Source: Azolla caroliniana (taxonomy: Eukaryota > Plantae > Polypodiophyta). Taken from it: DNA of 64,000 nt. The translations under genes and the position numbers were made by a program. Of the stretch, positions 37,666 through 52,200 are shown piece after piece (within the stretch, counting starts at the first letter, position 1; every line of letters starts with the position of its first letter). The stretch spans positions 11,532,001 to 11,596,000 of the forward strand of contig JBHGNT010000018.1 in assembly GCA_043228905.1 (NCBI GenBank), given 5' to 3'. The notes beneath the pieces were generated by a model that was not told the DNA's origin, did no database searches, and saw nothing but the letters and a program-made list of their open reading frames with translations.

Positions 37666-40600
37666 TGTCGCGTTGTTACGCGCGTGCGTGGAGAAACGAG
37701 GCGGGACCACCGGGGTCTTGAACCGAAGAGCAGGTGATAGAAGGGGAAAGAGAAAGAGAGAGACGCCCGGTCACGTACGAGCAAAGAAACGCAAGGGAGG
37801 CACGGCCCGTCCACACAGAAGACGCGAATGGACACAGAGACAGGGAGACACAAGTGTTTGTATATTAACGAATATCAAATACACAACAGACCACGCGAGC
37901 GGTTACAACCGAACAGGCCGGCGAACAGATGTCGATGCCTGTTCGTCTGCGCACGAAAGGAGAAAAGGGTGGAGGTGTTGTCGGAAGCACACGGGCGTTC
38001 CTCGAAGCAGCGCAAGCCTCCCGAAAACCCTGCAGAGAAGAGCGATGGAGAACGAACAGAGGAGAAGCGTTCGGTTACGGTCCGACAACACTTCGTCCTC
38101 CTTAATGCGCGATCCCTTTCTTCCTGCGTCTCCCTCTCCTTTATAGCTTCAAGAAGGGAGCCGTCTCCCTCATTTACTTCCTACCTACCGAATCTAACTA
38201 CCCGGATATGCCTTTGTACTTAATTCCCTATTATATACATTAAGGGCGTGCACACGTGAAGAGCCGGTTCACGCGCGTTATGCATCGATTGCGCCAAGGG
38301 ACGGTTTTCTTCACGATATCCGCCCCCACCTAACCGCGCATCCACCAGTATGCGCCAAAATTGGGTTCTGGTTGGAGAAAACCGGCCCGGGTTCCGTTTA
38401 TTCGTCCATCGGTTCGTCCTCCGTTTCGGACTGTTCGTTTTCGCTGTCCAGGCCTCTTAGATCCGGTTCGTCGTCGTGGCACTTCTTGAACTCTTTGATC
38501 CGCTTCCCTGCTACCGGTATTGCCATCCTCGTACCATCGAGTTCCGCCAGGTGATACGTCCCGTTGTCGTTGGCGCTCGTTACCACGTAAGGCCCGAACC
38601 ATCGCTTCGCAAACTTCCGCTTTGCTCGGTGCTGGTTGTCGAGGCTGCTGTCGTAGACTAGCACCCAGTCGCCTTCCTCGATTTTCTTCGGTCGGAGCTG
38701 GTGCGTTCGGTCGAACCGGGCTTTGTTCTTCATCCTCGCCGTCTGAAGTCTCTCCGCCGCTCGTTCCACGTCCTCTGGCCTCCGCTTAGCTGCCGTATAT
38801 GCGCCGCTAGCAGTTCTTCCTGACCCATCTCGTCTCTCCACTCTATTGTCGCCCAAGAGGAGATCGTCCGTTCCATCGGCATGATCGGCTTCTGTCCAAA
38901 CATGAGCTCTGACGGCATGAACACGGTTACCGAACTGTGCGTTGTCCGGTCCTCCCACAAGGCATAGGGTAACAGTCAAGGCCAGTTCCCGACCTGTCCT
39001 TCGCACACCCGGACTAGCGCTTTGACGATTGGTCCGTGCCCGCGCTCCACCTTCCCGTTCGCCTCCGGATTGTACGCTGTGGTGAGCGAGAGCTTGACCG
39101 CTAACCGGTCGAACAGCTCCTCAGCCTCTTCGGCGTCCAACTCCCCGCGGTCAGCCACGATCTTTCCGACGCACCTGTACCGGCATATCATGTCCTCGAT
39201 CAGGAACCGACACACGGCCGCGGTCGTTTTGTTCTGCAGGGCTCGGCCTTCCACCTGGTTCGTCAGGTCCTCCGGGCCAGCACCAGATATCGCATCTGCC
39301 CTACGCCCATCGGCATCGTCACCAAATCTACCATCCATTTGAAGTGGATGGTCGGAGGGTATGTAGGGTGAAGCTCGTCCCGATGTCGGACTATGGAGTG
39401 CATCTGACAGCTATTGTAAGTTTATGGACCTTACGGTCGGAACAAGGAGTGCGGAATGGTCGATAATCGGCGTGGCCCACGTCCCACGGTGCCCAGCCCA
39501 GGGGCTGTCGTGGTAGGCCTTCAGCAACTCCTCTTGTTCCTCCATCACCACTACTCGGAGCGGGATGCCGTTTCTCTTCTTCGGGTGCTTCCACAAGTAT
39601 CCGTCCCGGAGAAAGAATCGGTACGCTTTCTTCCGGATCCGGTTGGCCTCGTCCTTTGTCCATGACGCGTCCGGCGTCATCGTCCTCAAGAATCCCCCAA
39701 TCTGCAGCCACTCCCCGTCGTACTTGCTCTCGTTGAAATCGTTAAGCGCCGGAGTGCTCCCTCCCTCGAAGAAGTCCACGCCGACTTCCTCGTCTTCCGA
39801 AACCATGCCGCCCTCGTCGTCGAATCGCGCCCTCGAAAGCATGTCGGCCATGGCATTGTCTTTCCCGAAAATGTGTCGTATTTCCAGATCCAGGGACTTG
39901 ATGTACGCTATCCATCTGAGCATTGCCAGGTTCGGGGTTGCGCATCCGGAAACCATGCCGAGAATCGACAGGCAGTCCGTCTCGATAATCACCTCTGTCC
40001 CAATCAGATAGTCTTTATCGGCCTTTACTACCAAAATGATACCCCAGAGTTCGCGTTTAACCTGGGCGTATCCTTGCTATCGCTCGTTGAGGACCTTCGC
40101 ACCGAACCGGATTGGGAACCGAATGCCGTCCTCATATTCTTGGTTGACGACCCATCCGATCCCGGTCGGACTTGTATCTACCGTTATGTAGATGGGAGTG
40201 CCTTTCTCGTAGACAGCCTTCCGGAGTGCCGGAGCTACAGCAAGAGCCTCCTTCATCTTCCGGACTGACTCCGTATGCTCGTCTTGCCACTCGAATCTTC
40301 GCCCCTTTTTCAGCAACCCGTATAGCGGTTCGGCAACGTGGGCGTAATGCAGGATCCATATGTGGTAGAACGCGCATGCTCCCAAGAACCTCCATGACCG
40401 AGTTACAGTCAGGCTTCATTGCGGAGATGGCTTCCACCTTGGCCGGAGACGGTTTCCGGCCATATGGTCCGCATAGATGTCCGACGACCATGATCTCTGA
40501 TTGCCCGAAGGCCGATTTCTCCCCGGAGAAGGTGAGCCTCGCGTCCTCTAGCCTCTGCAGCACCCTCTCACAGTCGTTAATGTGTGTCGCCACGAATTTC

Positions 40601-43600
40601 CGGCATCCGTCCGGTTCGATCGTTTCGTCCTTTTCTTCCACCGGACACCCCTTGATCGGGATGTCGTCCAAGAATGGCATGGTGATGTCTGGGATACAGT
40701 CCCTCAGCACCTTGTTCATCGCATTCACCATGTGGGCCACCGAGTTCGTCCCTCCTTGTGGCAGGGTACACATCCACATTAGGCCGAGAGGAGTCCGCAT
40801 CGTTGTAATGTCTCTGCTCTCTACGGCTAGTTGGAACTGATCGTACCCCGAGTACAGATCCCCGACCGAGTAGATCGACCTTCCGACGAAGGCCTCCGCG
40901 AACTCGTCTATCGTTGGTCCGATTCCTGCATTCCGAATGGTCACTCTATTGACCGGTTGCAGGTCTTGAATGAAGCGCAACGTCCCGTTCTTCTTCGGCA
41001 CGGTAAACCACCGGTTCGAGTACGGGGCACTCGACGGTTCGAGGATGCCCATATCGACTTTTTGCCTCAATAGCTCCATCAACTCCGGGATGTGAGCTCT
41101 CGGTACCGGAATTGGTTTGAGATTCCACGGCACATGCGGTACCGTGAATATCACCATTGGCTTTACGACTGTCGGGTCTACGCACCCGATTTCTTCTGGT
41201 GAGAATGCGAAGGCTTTCCCGTACCTTCCGAGCATTCTCTGAAACCGGTCTTCTTCCGCCGGTAGTAGGAACCCGCCCCCACCGATTTTGAGCTCCCGTA
41301 GCGTTCTGTCGGTGAAGGTGTGTCCTATGCAGGCCGGATCTCGTAAACTGGGGTCCGACGCGACCCCCTTGATTCGCAACTCGCTGCCCTTCGGTAAGGG
41401 TGCCGTGACTGGCCTTACCTTCCGGTCCACAGTCTTGTACTTCGTGTTAACCCGGGCTGTCCGTTCCGACTCGAGCCCTCGACTGAAGTCCGCGATGACT
41501 TCGTACATTTCTTCTGAACAAACCAGTATCGTCCGGTCCTCTTTAAGGCCCTCTCCGACCACCTCTCGCAGTATTCCCAAGGTATCGTCGAAGGAGACCG
41601 CCTCCACGGCTCCGTTGATTTCCTCGCTGGGCTCGAGAACTCTGAGCGCCCGAAGTCGCTCTTCTGCCCTTGTCTTTTCTCAGCCTACGACGCCGACTAT
41701 TGTACACCCTCCGTTGTCGGAGAAACAAAACTTCCTACTTATGGTACAAGGTTTCTTCGGTTTCGCTTCTATCGTACATTTGTGGGGTTTTCCCGGAGTG
41801 TCCGGACTGTCGCGGCCCCACGCCTTGGCAACCCTCTCTAAAAATCCTCTCGGTCCTCGCCATCGAGGGACTCGCGGTTTCTCTCGTGGTTCGGTCGCAC
41901 CGTCAGGAACTGGACCGAATGACGCCCGTCCTGACTCTTGACCCTTGCGTAAGCCGACCCGTTGTCCAGCACCTTGGTCTCCATTCGCGTTGCCGTTATG
42001 TACGGTTCTCCCAGTATGACCGGGTGCGAGGACGTCTCCTGCACAAAGAAGTGTTGGTCTATCTTGACGTCGCCGATCTTGACTCGCACGTTTGGGCAGG
42101 CCCCGTGTAGTTCGTCGGTGGCGCGCGTCGCCGCCCGTATCTTCCACCCGTGCTTAGTGTTGATCGGCCATTTCCCCTTCTTGTAGAAGTCCATGGACAT
42201 CAGGTTTATTTCCGAACTGTGGTCCACCAGCGCCACCACCGGTTCCCGAACATCTCCGATCTTCACCGGGGTTTCCGTGGTCGCTCGGGCCCAATGTGGC
42301 CTCGAATAGTAGCTCTCCGCCCACTCGTCTTCCAGCGCCATGTCCTCTATGTGCGCCGTCCGCACCTCCACCGGCCTTTTCGGTTCTGCCTCCGTCGACA
42401 GCCTCTTCCTCTTCACCAAGTCCACGATGGAGTCGTGGAACTCCTTCTTGGCGATTCCAAGCACCTCCCGCAACGACAGTTCCACTTTGCTATCAAGGAT
42501 TCGTTCTTCCAGGACCTTTCGTAGGTCCGTGGTCCTTTCGATCTTCGTGCCCAAACAGTACCCGCCCTTCTTGTGGTTATCCCGGGCACTGGACTCACCG
42601 GCCTCGTTCCGTTTCGGCCCGAATCGGGTTTCGTATCTCTGTGAGGGTCCGGCCCCTCCGGTTTTACCTACCCGTTTGTCTTCAACCAGAGCCTCGTAGT
42701 TCTGGCAAGCTGCTTCGACAAAACCCGTCTTTTCTTCGACTGGGTCACTCCACCCGGTTACCTCCTGGACCCGCTTCTCGCCCGTCGTTTCGGTTCAGGG
42801 CCCTCCGGGTATCGCTGGCGTGCACCCGACCTTCCCACAGGTACACTACCCGGCTCCTTAAAGCCTCCATAAAGTCCCCGCAGTCTTTCCGAATGTGGCC
42901 GACCTCGTCCCATCACATGCACCTACTTCCTGTCGGAGGCCGTCGGTCACGAGCCTGATCGCCACCTTCCCTCCGAGCCTGGGCGATCTGGAGATCCTTT
43001 ACCACTCGCGGCAACTCCTCCAAAGTTGTTCCCCCGGACGAGCCTCTGATCACGCCGGTCAAAGCCGACCCGGTCTCGAGCCACTCCCGGGTCTCTTCCC
43101 TTCGCGCATGCAGTATCGGTTGGAGCTTCCTTGCTGCGACAAGTCCCGCCCCGGTCGCCTCTGTATCAGCCCACTCCCACCACTTGTCAAAACGGCCGCA
43201 GACTCTTTTTACCGCGGCCCAGTCGGCCGTCAGCCCGTCTTCGGTTTCCAGTAAGGAGCCCACTTGCCCCCGATCCCGCGCGTCAACCGATTTGACAAAC
43301 AGTAGGACACGACTTGTGTCCAGAACGGTCCGATCGAGCGCCGAAAGGCGCGCAAAGCGTTCCTCAAACTCCCAGAGGAGTACCGACGCATTTCTTCCTT
43401 TTTAGGGGAGTCCACCCACTCCATGAAGCCCCGCTTCGAAAGTCGAAGCGCGTCATCCCGCCCGTATTTCTCCAGGAGCCGTCCTTCGAACTCCTAGGTC
43501 CGGCTCTCTGCCCGGACTTCGAGCACCTCCGCATGGATGCCCGGCATCGCTACTCGAGGGAATCCGGCAAGACGCCTCTCTTCCGGAATATCCCTCATCA

Positions 43601-44470
43601 ACATCTCCGCCTGGTAGGACGCCAAATAACTCGTGGCATCCTTTCCACTAAACTGGCCGATCATACCGACGATCACCTCAATAGCCCTGTCAAGGGCGCC
43701 GGTGCCCTCGCGCGCGCTCACTATCCGGTCCACGGCCGAAGCCATGGCATGGCCTCTGCAAGTTCCGACCCCCTCATCTTCTGCTCCTCTGTCGCCTGTT
43801 TCACGTCGGGTTCACCAAAGATGTTGCGTTGTTACGCGCGTGCGTGGAGAAACGAGGCGGGACCACCGGGGTCTTGAACCGAAGAGCAGGTGATAGAAGG
43901 GGAAAGAGAAAGAGAGAGACGCCCGGTCACGTACGAGCAAAGAAATGCAGGGGAGGCACGGCCCGTCAACACAGAAGACGCGAATGGACACAGAGACGGG
44001 GAGACACAAGTGTTTGTATATTAACGAATATCAAATACACAACAGAGCACGCGAGCGGTTACAATCGAACAGGCCGGCGAACAGATGTCGATGCCTGTTC
44101 GTCTGCGCATGAAAGGAGAAAAGGGTGGAGGTGCTGCCAGAAGCACATAGGCGTTCCTCGAAGCAGCGCGAGCCTCCCGAAAACCCTGCAGAGAAGAGCG
44201 ATGGAGAACGAACAGAGGAGAAGCGTTCGGTTACGGTCCGACAGCACTTCGTCCTCCTTAATGCGCGATCCCTTTCTTCCTGCGTCTCCCTCTCCTTTAT
44301 AGCTTCAAGAAGGGAGCCGTCTCCCTCATTTACTTCCTACCTACCGAATCTAACTACCCGGATATGCCTTTGTACTTAATTCCCTATTATATACATTAAG
44401 GGCGTGCACACGTGAAGAGCTGGTTCACGCGCGTTATGCACCGATTGCGCCAAGGGACGGTTTCCTTCAC
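37666..44470 (-). mobile_element. Near-full-length non-chromoviral Gypsy, tRNA-Trp-primed, decayed
   Basis: LTRs 37666-38318 and 43822-44470 (about 19 differences by hand count, ~97%), PBS 43800-43817, PPT next to 38319, gag, protease (LVDHSSEIN), RT (FLDD), RNase H, integrase with GPY motif, no chromodomain. Confidence 0.95.
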
Positions 44471-44814
44471 ATCAATGAGCGAAAAACTTCGGCATTCTTC
44501 TAGAGAGAAGAATCCCGTCACTCAACTCAACTACAACGAGTACATGGCCCATCATTATGCCTTCGCGATGAAGGTAGCAGCCGAACAAGGTCATGGGTTG
44601 AAATCGTTCTGAAGCCATACCATGCTATATCATGAAAAAATCGGAATCAACGATAGTTGTTGCTGTCTCAATCCAACTATATTGGATGTGTCTTAGAACG
44701 CTCCCAATTAGTCAGCCAAATCTACTTCAACCCCGCTCCCAATTAGTCTTTGACTGTCTCAGCACGACTACCCAACATCTAGTCTGGAGGGGGAAATTAT
44801 GAAGTTGGTACCGT

Positions 44815-46451
44815 TGTCGCAAAAATACGACGAGGATATGTGAACTTGAGGAAGGTCCCCAGGGCCTCCGACCGGAAGATATCAGATTCGTATGATTATA
44901 TTAAACAATTAATACAAAATGAGAAAGATTCACAAATTTCATTAATAAAGGGAAATAAAGATTACAATCAATCTCAATATTGAGATTACAAAAAGTTTAG
45001 TTAATGGAGATTACTAGAGTAATAGATAAGAGGAAATTAAGATATGAATTCTATAGAAAATTAGGATTTTTGGCTTTGATAAGAGATTATGGTTTTATGA
45101 GTTGAATACCTTCTGTATGGAAATTTAGGGTTATGAGTAAGATATGGCTTCCGTAAGGAAATTAGGGTTTACTTGAGAGATATGGCTTCGATAAGAAAGG
45201 GGAGCTAAGAAGGTCGACCCGCTTTCTACCAGGCGTGCGGAAAGCGATGAAAACCTAACTAAACTAAAGATCCAATTTTCTGGCTGCCTTATGGTTGAAG
45301 CAATGTTCGGTGGCCCGGCGACTAGTGGATGTGGGACGTGTAACTATCCGATTCTGAAACGAACGTCGATGGTCTCATTGACCCAATTTACCGAGAGAGA
45401 ATTCCGCTATTTATTTGCATCTATTTTTAGTTGCATCTATGTTTAGTTGCATGGGTTTTTCTTTTAGTTGCATGCGACCGTCCACATGACCTTTACTTTA
45501 GTTTTCTTCACTTCACTTTAATTAGCCACATGATCCTATCATCTGTTCGTCTCGATCGTCGCCAGTTGTCGGATCCTCCCGGTTTCTGACACCATCCAAT
45601 TGCCGATTTCGCCGGTTCTGGATTGCTTACCGGCCGGTTTTGGATTGCTTACCGGCCGGTTCCGGATTGCTTACCAGACGGTTCCGGTTTGCTTTCCGGC
45701 CCGTTCCGGTTTGTTTTCCGGTTCACAAAATGAGAATGATTATATTAAACAATTAATACAAAATGAGAAAGATTCACAAATTTCATTAATAAAGGGAAAG
45801 AAAGATTACAATCAATCTCAATATTGAGATTACAAAAAGTTTAGTTAATGGAGATTACTAGAGTAATAGATAAGAGGAAATTAAGATATGAATTCTATAG
45901 AAAATTAGGGTTTTCTGCTTTGATAAGAGATTATGGTTTTATGAGTTGAATACCTTCCGTATGGAAATTTAGGGTTATGAGTAAGATATGGCTTTCGTAA
46001 GGAAATTAGGGTTTACTTGAGAGATATGGCTTCGATAAGATAGGGGAGCTAAGAAGAAAATATATATATATATATAATATGGAGAGAGGATGAGTGTGGG
46101 AAAAAATAGAATATATATGGAGTTCTGGTTTTGCTTACGAGCCCGGTTCCGGTTTTGCTTACCGACGGGTTCTGGTTTTGCTTACCAGCCGGTTTCCGAG
46201 TTTTGGGAACTTGGCCACTATCATCCATCAAGACAAAGTGGCCAAAGTGTTCTTAGCACAAATGAAAAATGAGGGATCTCAAGGTGCTTATATAGCCAGA
46301 GCCTTAAGTTTCTTATCTATGTGGGATAAATCATAGTTCTACTTTCCCTATCTTCTCAAACATCCATCTTTCTACAACATACCATTAAGCTAATATAAAG
46401 TACTTATTTTATAATTTATTTTTTACATAGTGTGAGAAGATTCACACGACA
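44815..46451. repeat. Solo or composite LTR of TGTCG...CGACA type with a ~320-bp internal duplication
   Basis: TGTCG/CGACA ends, 4-bp TSD ccgt/tcgt; 44892-45212 is repeated at 45736-46056. Confidence 0.8.
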
Positions 46452-46704
46452 TCGTATGCACCAACAATCGGGTCCTTATGTACGCGATGGTCGCAACACG
46501 ACCTGACATTGCTCATGCCGTAAGAGTCATCAACATATTCATGCACAATACTGGTTGATCGCATTGGAATGCAGTAAAGCATGTGTTCAAATATCGGGTA
46601 GGCACAAAAGACTATGGCATCTTATTTAGCCCGAATGACACTTCAAGCGTAGTCGGATACACCGACTCGGACTTTGTTGGCTGCTTGGACAATCGAAAAT
46701 CGAC

Positions 46705-46957
46705 AACCGGTTATTGTTTCAAATTCGGTAATGGAGCAATCTCGTGGAAATCGAAACTTCGGGAATGCTCTGCCACATCAATGAACAAGGCCGAATATGT
46801 AGCTACGTCCGACGCAGTGAAAGAGGCCTTAACAGGTTATTGTTTCAAATTTGGTAATGGAACAATCTCGTGGAAATCAAAACTTCAGGAGTGCATTGCC
46901 ACATCAATGACCCAGGCCGAATACATAGCTACATCCGATACGACGAAAGAGGCCTTA
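46705..46957 (+). repeat. Old in-frame 126-bp (42 aa) tandem duplication in RNase H
   Basis: TGYCFKFGNG.ISWKSKL...KEAL occurs twice, diverged. Confidence 0.9.
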
Positions 46958-47799
46958 TGGCTTAGTCGGCTGGCTTGCACGTTTCGACAAGTCGAAGCCA
47001 ACTCGGCTCCGATTGTCTATAGCAACAGTCAGGGCGCTGTCGCTTTGTCGAAGAACCTGGTTCAACATAACGCCTCGAAGCACATCGACGTGAGATATCA
47101 CTTTGTTCGAGACTACACCATTTCGGGGAAAATCGGCCTCGAGAGAATACCTACAATCGATAATGTCACAGACGGGATGACCAAGTGGCTTTCGACGAAT
47201 CGATTCTGATAACTACGACACCAGATGGGTGTAACGAATAATCAGTCTAACTGAGTCGGAGATTCAGAATGGTTTCGAATAATCATCATCAACAGTTCGA
47301 AGTTCGGGCTCCATTCCTCCGACTCTGGCCGATTCGCCCATCTGTTTTTCGGAGTTTACTGACTTGAACAAAAATCTGATTTGTTCAACAACTTTGTACA
47401 AATATGTATTGTTCACTTATATTACAGATTTCGAATGTATACACCCATTACGGGGGACTGTCAAATATGACTCTCTAATGGACGTATTCACATTGTCCCA
47501 CATGTAGACACTAGGTTTAGGCCATTTTTGTAAATACGAAGAAGGTTAGTTGCCCTAAGTTAGTCAGTATATAAACTAACTGACTTAGTAACCTAGCAGA
47601 GTGGTTGTTCATTTTGTAAATTGAGCCGTTGAGGTTGAGTAATAAAGTTCATCTTGTGCCTAACTTTCTGTTCTCTCCTTCTTGCATTCGTGTTGATCTT
47701 GTTACATGATTCACTTGTTTATAATCATCAATCTACTCGACTTGTGCCTATTAATGATCTTTCACTAGAGGATGCCAAGATTGTTCCACACACTAGACG

Positions 47800-49265
47800 G
47801 CCGCGATCCCAACACATCTCACTTCCGATAGAAAAGCTCGATAGGAGAAACTACGTGTCTTGGTTCTACAAGATGCACCAATACTTGCTTGGGCACAAAT
47901 ACTGGAGTTATCTGGAAGGAGCAAATGATGTAGAGTCGGAGCCATCACATAGAGACTTTCTAGCCTGGGAGCAAGCGACAAGCCGAGTCTTGTACTGCTT
48001 CGCATCCTATGTGAGTGACTAGATGCTCAGCTACATAAAGTATGCAAAGTCGTCGAAGGATGCTTGGGGAAACCTGAAGAGTGTATTTTTAGCTAACACC
48101 ACAACCCGTAAGTTGCAGATCAGATAGGAGCTCAACAACGTCTGACAAGGAGGCATGTCGGTAATTGACTACACTACAAAGATAAATGAGATTTGTGATG
48201 CACTTGGGTCAATTAGTGTTACTATGGATGAGGACGAGATGGTGTTGATCTGCCTTAGTGGGTTAGCTCAGAAATACGGGCCTATTCGGATGGCTATCTA
48301 CACAAGAGAGAAGCCTCCGTCATTTTTTGACTTATAAATAATGCTCCTTGTAGAGAAAAACCACACGGGTGTGTCAACGAGTACGCATGCCGATAGCAAG
48401 ATGTTGTACACATAGGCGGATCGGCCCTGTGGTTGTGGCGAACGAGGTAGATCGGCATGCATTGGAGGTGGTCAACAGGAGCAAAACTCGAGGCATAATC
48501 GAAATGTCGACAACAGTTCCGCACCCTCCACGAGCAAGGGGAGTCAAGGCGGCGCTGGAAGCCGGCAAGGAAGGACCACGAAGGATTGTTGGTACTATGG
48601 CAGAAAGGGCCACAGAGAGAGCAAGTGCTGGAAAAAGCAAGCCGAGTCAGATAGATTTGCACCGAGTTGTGGTGACATAGATAGGCATCAAAGATGGCAC
48701 TACGTTGAAGGCTCATGGCGAACCAGAATGGACCCCCCACCTTCATCATGAAGCACAAAGCCAACTCGATGGCGGCGAGCACCTCGAAGTCGAGTAAGGT
48801 GTGGTATGTGGATTCCGGAGCATCGAACCATATGACGAATCACAAGGAGTGGTTCTTGACGATAGAGAAGCTAGAACAGTCAGGGGTCGTCGAAACTGGC
48901 TATGACATCCCTCACTCCATCGAACATATCAAAGATGTCCACTGATCCATGTCAGTCAGAGAGGAATCATGAGAAATATTTGCATGTGTCGACAATCACC
49001 AAGAACTTGATGTCGATCAAACAAATTGTCGACTAGGGCATGCAATTTCAATTTAATCACCTCGGGTGCTTCATATCTAAGGAAGAAGACAAGATTATTG
49101 CGCAAGGGAAATGGGAAGGGAGGATGGTCATCCTCAAGGCAAACTACATAAGTGCCACTATGTTTGCCAAAGGGAAAAGGGTTGAGTTGGATATCGACCT
49201 ATGGCACAAGCGATTTGGCCACGTCAACTTCCTACAGCTTCAAGAGATGTAGACGAAAAACATTG
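47800..49265 (+). mobile_element. Copia family B gag-protease-pre-integrase fragment
   Basis: EKLDRRNYVSWFYKMHQYLLG, WYVDSGASNHMT, LWHKRFGHVN. Confidence 0.9.
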
Positions 49266-52200
49266 TGTAAAGAATCGATGGTGATTCTTGTGTAGTGGAA
49301 TAGACTAGAGATATGTGTCTGAAGATTCGTAGTGATATGTGGAAGGTCGACATCGCCAGCCTAAACACGCTCTTGAATGAAGTGATAGTGCACTTCGATA
49401 TGCTTCGTGTGTGCGTGGAACACCGGGTTCCGAGCCAGATAAATACTGCACATGTTGTCGCAGTAAAGGGAAATTTGATCTTTGATGGGAATGCCCAAAT
49501 CCTTCAATATCCTCTTAAGCCATACGGCTTCACATGCAGCCATCGTCGCGCCTCTATATTTGGCCTTGGTGCTCGAAAGAGCGACGGTTGGTTGCTTCTT
49601 GCTACTCTAGAGATGGCTCCACTTCCGAGGGAGAAAACGAAACCAAAGGTTGATCGTTGGTTGGCTTTGTAGTCTGCCCAATCGGCATCTGTGTACCCCT
49701 CAAGTTGAATTGGTGTGGCTAACTTATAGAGAATGCCATAGTCCATCGTTCTGCTCATGTATCATAGTACTCTCTTAGCACAATCCAAGTGGATATCTCG
49801 TGGCGATTGCATGAACTGGCTAAGAAGGCCGACCGGATAGTTCAGGTCTGGTCGAGTGATCATGAGGTAGATAAGACTACCAATCAGTTGTCGATACTGA
49901 GTCGGCTCACACTCTATGGTGCCAGAATTGGCATGTAGTTTGAGGTTTCAGTCCAGAGGTGTTGCCACAGACTTGCACTCAATCATCCCGAACTTGTATA
50001 ACAAGTTGAGAATGTAGTGCCGTTGGGAGATCATAATCCTGGTTGGAGTTCGAATTACCTCGATGCCAAGGAAGTAGTGGAGCTCTTTCATGTCCCTCAT
50101 CTTGAATTTGTTGGAAAGGAGGGATTTGACCTTGTTGATGTCGACTAGATGCTCACCTCCAATGACCAGATCATCTACGTATAGGATGATGATGATCGGA
50201 CTTTCGGAATCGTTTCTTACATAGAGAGAATTGTTGGATTTTGACGTTCAGAAGCCGATTCGATGAAGATATTGTGTTATCTTCGAGTGCCAAGCACGTG
50301 GTGCTTGCTTAAGGCCGTAGAGAGGCTTCTTTAGTTGGCAGATGGCTTTCAGATGAATGTTGGATTCGAAGTTGGGTGGTTGTACCATGTACACCTCCTC
50401 TTCTAATTCGCCTTGAAGAAAAGCGTTCTTGACATCCATCTGGTGGAGGTGCCACCCTTTCGCTGTTGCAAGCGCTATCACTATTCGCACGGTTGTCATC
50501 TTTGCCACAGGGGCAAAGTTCTCTTCATAGTCAACGCCCTGTGTTTGTGCATAGCCCTTTACTATGAGTCGAGCTTTGTAGCGGTTGACAAAACCGTCGG
50601 CATTATACTTCACCTTGTATATCCATCTGTAGTCGAAGTTCTTCTTGTGCGGTGAGTGAGGGACGAGATCCCATGTTTCATTCTTGCTGAGAGCTTGCAT
50701 CTCCTCATTCATCGTTTCGACCCATCGCAGATCTTTAGTGGCTTCGACAAATCTCTCTGGTTCTCGAACTACTGCCACCTTCATCATAAAGGCATAGTGG
50801 TATGCCATGTAGTCATTGTAGCCGAATCGGCTAATCGGATTCTTCTCTCGGGTGGAGTGACGGAGTTTCTCATTTGTTGATGTGAGTGCTTCTCAACTCC
50901 GGGTGACCTCATAAGAAGCACATCAAAGCCATCGAACTCACTATCGAGTGAATGAGTCGATTCGTTGCCGTCGAAGTGGTCGTCTTCATATTCCAGCATT
51001 TTGGCCTTCCCTTTGTCTATCTATGGACTTGGCCGAGATGAGCTTTGGTTGCTCGGAGGCTCTTGTGGTCCGCTCAATTTGGTTCAGATTGGACTCTCTT
51101 TGAGTATTGGCCTTAGTTGATCATCGTCTTCTATGTTGTCGAGGTCATTCGTACATGGCTCGGGAGGAGTCGGCTCGGGTTTGTGCCATGATGTCAATTC
51201 TTCAAAGATGACATCCCGACTTACACGAGTCTTCCGAGTAGAAGGGTTGAAACACTTGTACCCCTTTTGCTCCAGCGAGTACCCCACGAGGATGCACTTC
51301 TCTAATTTTGGGTCAAGCTTCTGCTGCTTCTTATCGGGAATGTGCACATATGCAATGATATCCTTACATGGGATAGATCCGGCTTCTTCCAATAGTATTT
51401 CTCGTGCGGGGTGACCTCGCGCACTCTGAATGTTTTGCACCGGTTCATGAGGTAGACGAGAGTATTTGCAGCTTCTGCCCAATATGATTTAGGCATATGC
51501 TTCTCGTTGAGCATGGCCCGTGCTACCTCGAGGATGTGCCAATTCTTTCGTTTGGCTACACCGTTCTGTTGCGGTGTGTGTCGGCAAGTGAATTCTTGCC
51601 GAATTCCTTCTTTTCGAAGATATGCTGTGAATGCATCGGAGAAGTATTCCTTTCCTCCGTCTGGCCGAAGACATCGTACATGACACCCAGTTTTCTTTTC
51701 AACTTCACTTTTGAATTTTAGAAGTGTGTAAACACTTCTCTCTTCATCCTCATGGGAAAGATCCATGTGTATCTAGAGAAGTCATCGATGAAGGTAACAT
51801 AGTACCGACATCATCTGAACGTATCCGTTTGTGCCGGTCCCCACACATCCGAGTGGACTACGTCCAATAGACCTTTGCTCACGTTCCTCTCCTTCGGGAA
51901 TGGGTGCCAATGTTGCTTGCCGAATTGGCATGCTTCACATACTCCTTCAATCTCTTTCTCTTCGAAGGTTGGGAGCTCAATGACGACTCCTTTCGATTGC
52001 ATCGCCTTGAGTTTGTTGAGATTGATATGGCCGATTCTTTTATGCCATAGCTCTATGTCGGTGTCGGATTTGAGGCCCTTTGCGTACATGGCCGATTTCA
52101 CTTTGTTTGACTCCAGGATAAACATTCTACCTTCCCTTCGACCCCGAGCGATGAGTCGTCCTTCCTTCTCGATGAAGCAACCACCTTGGTTGAATCGAAC

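Larger units (their letters stand above)
44471..47790 (+). mobile_element. Short Copia B piece (44471-~44590) joined to a Copia family D RT/RNase H fragment with PPT and 3' LTR (47459-~47790)
   Basis: YNEYMAHHYAF; EIMKLVP|YAPTIGS split by a solo LTR; GYTDSD; cgggggac-TGTC. Confidence 0.8.

Noticed and set aside
37655-38223. ORFs within LTRs and antisense to pol throughout the window
   Set aside because: Shadow ORFs of GC-rich TE sequence with no recognisable motifs.
44788-44814. PPT plus LTR start (gagggggaaat)
   Set aside because: It is RT coding sequence (EGEIMKLVP) that resumes at 46452.
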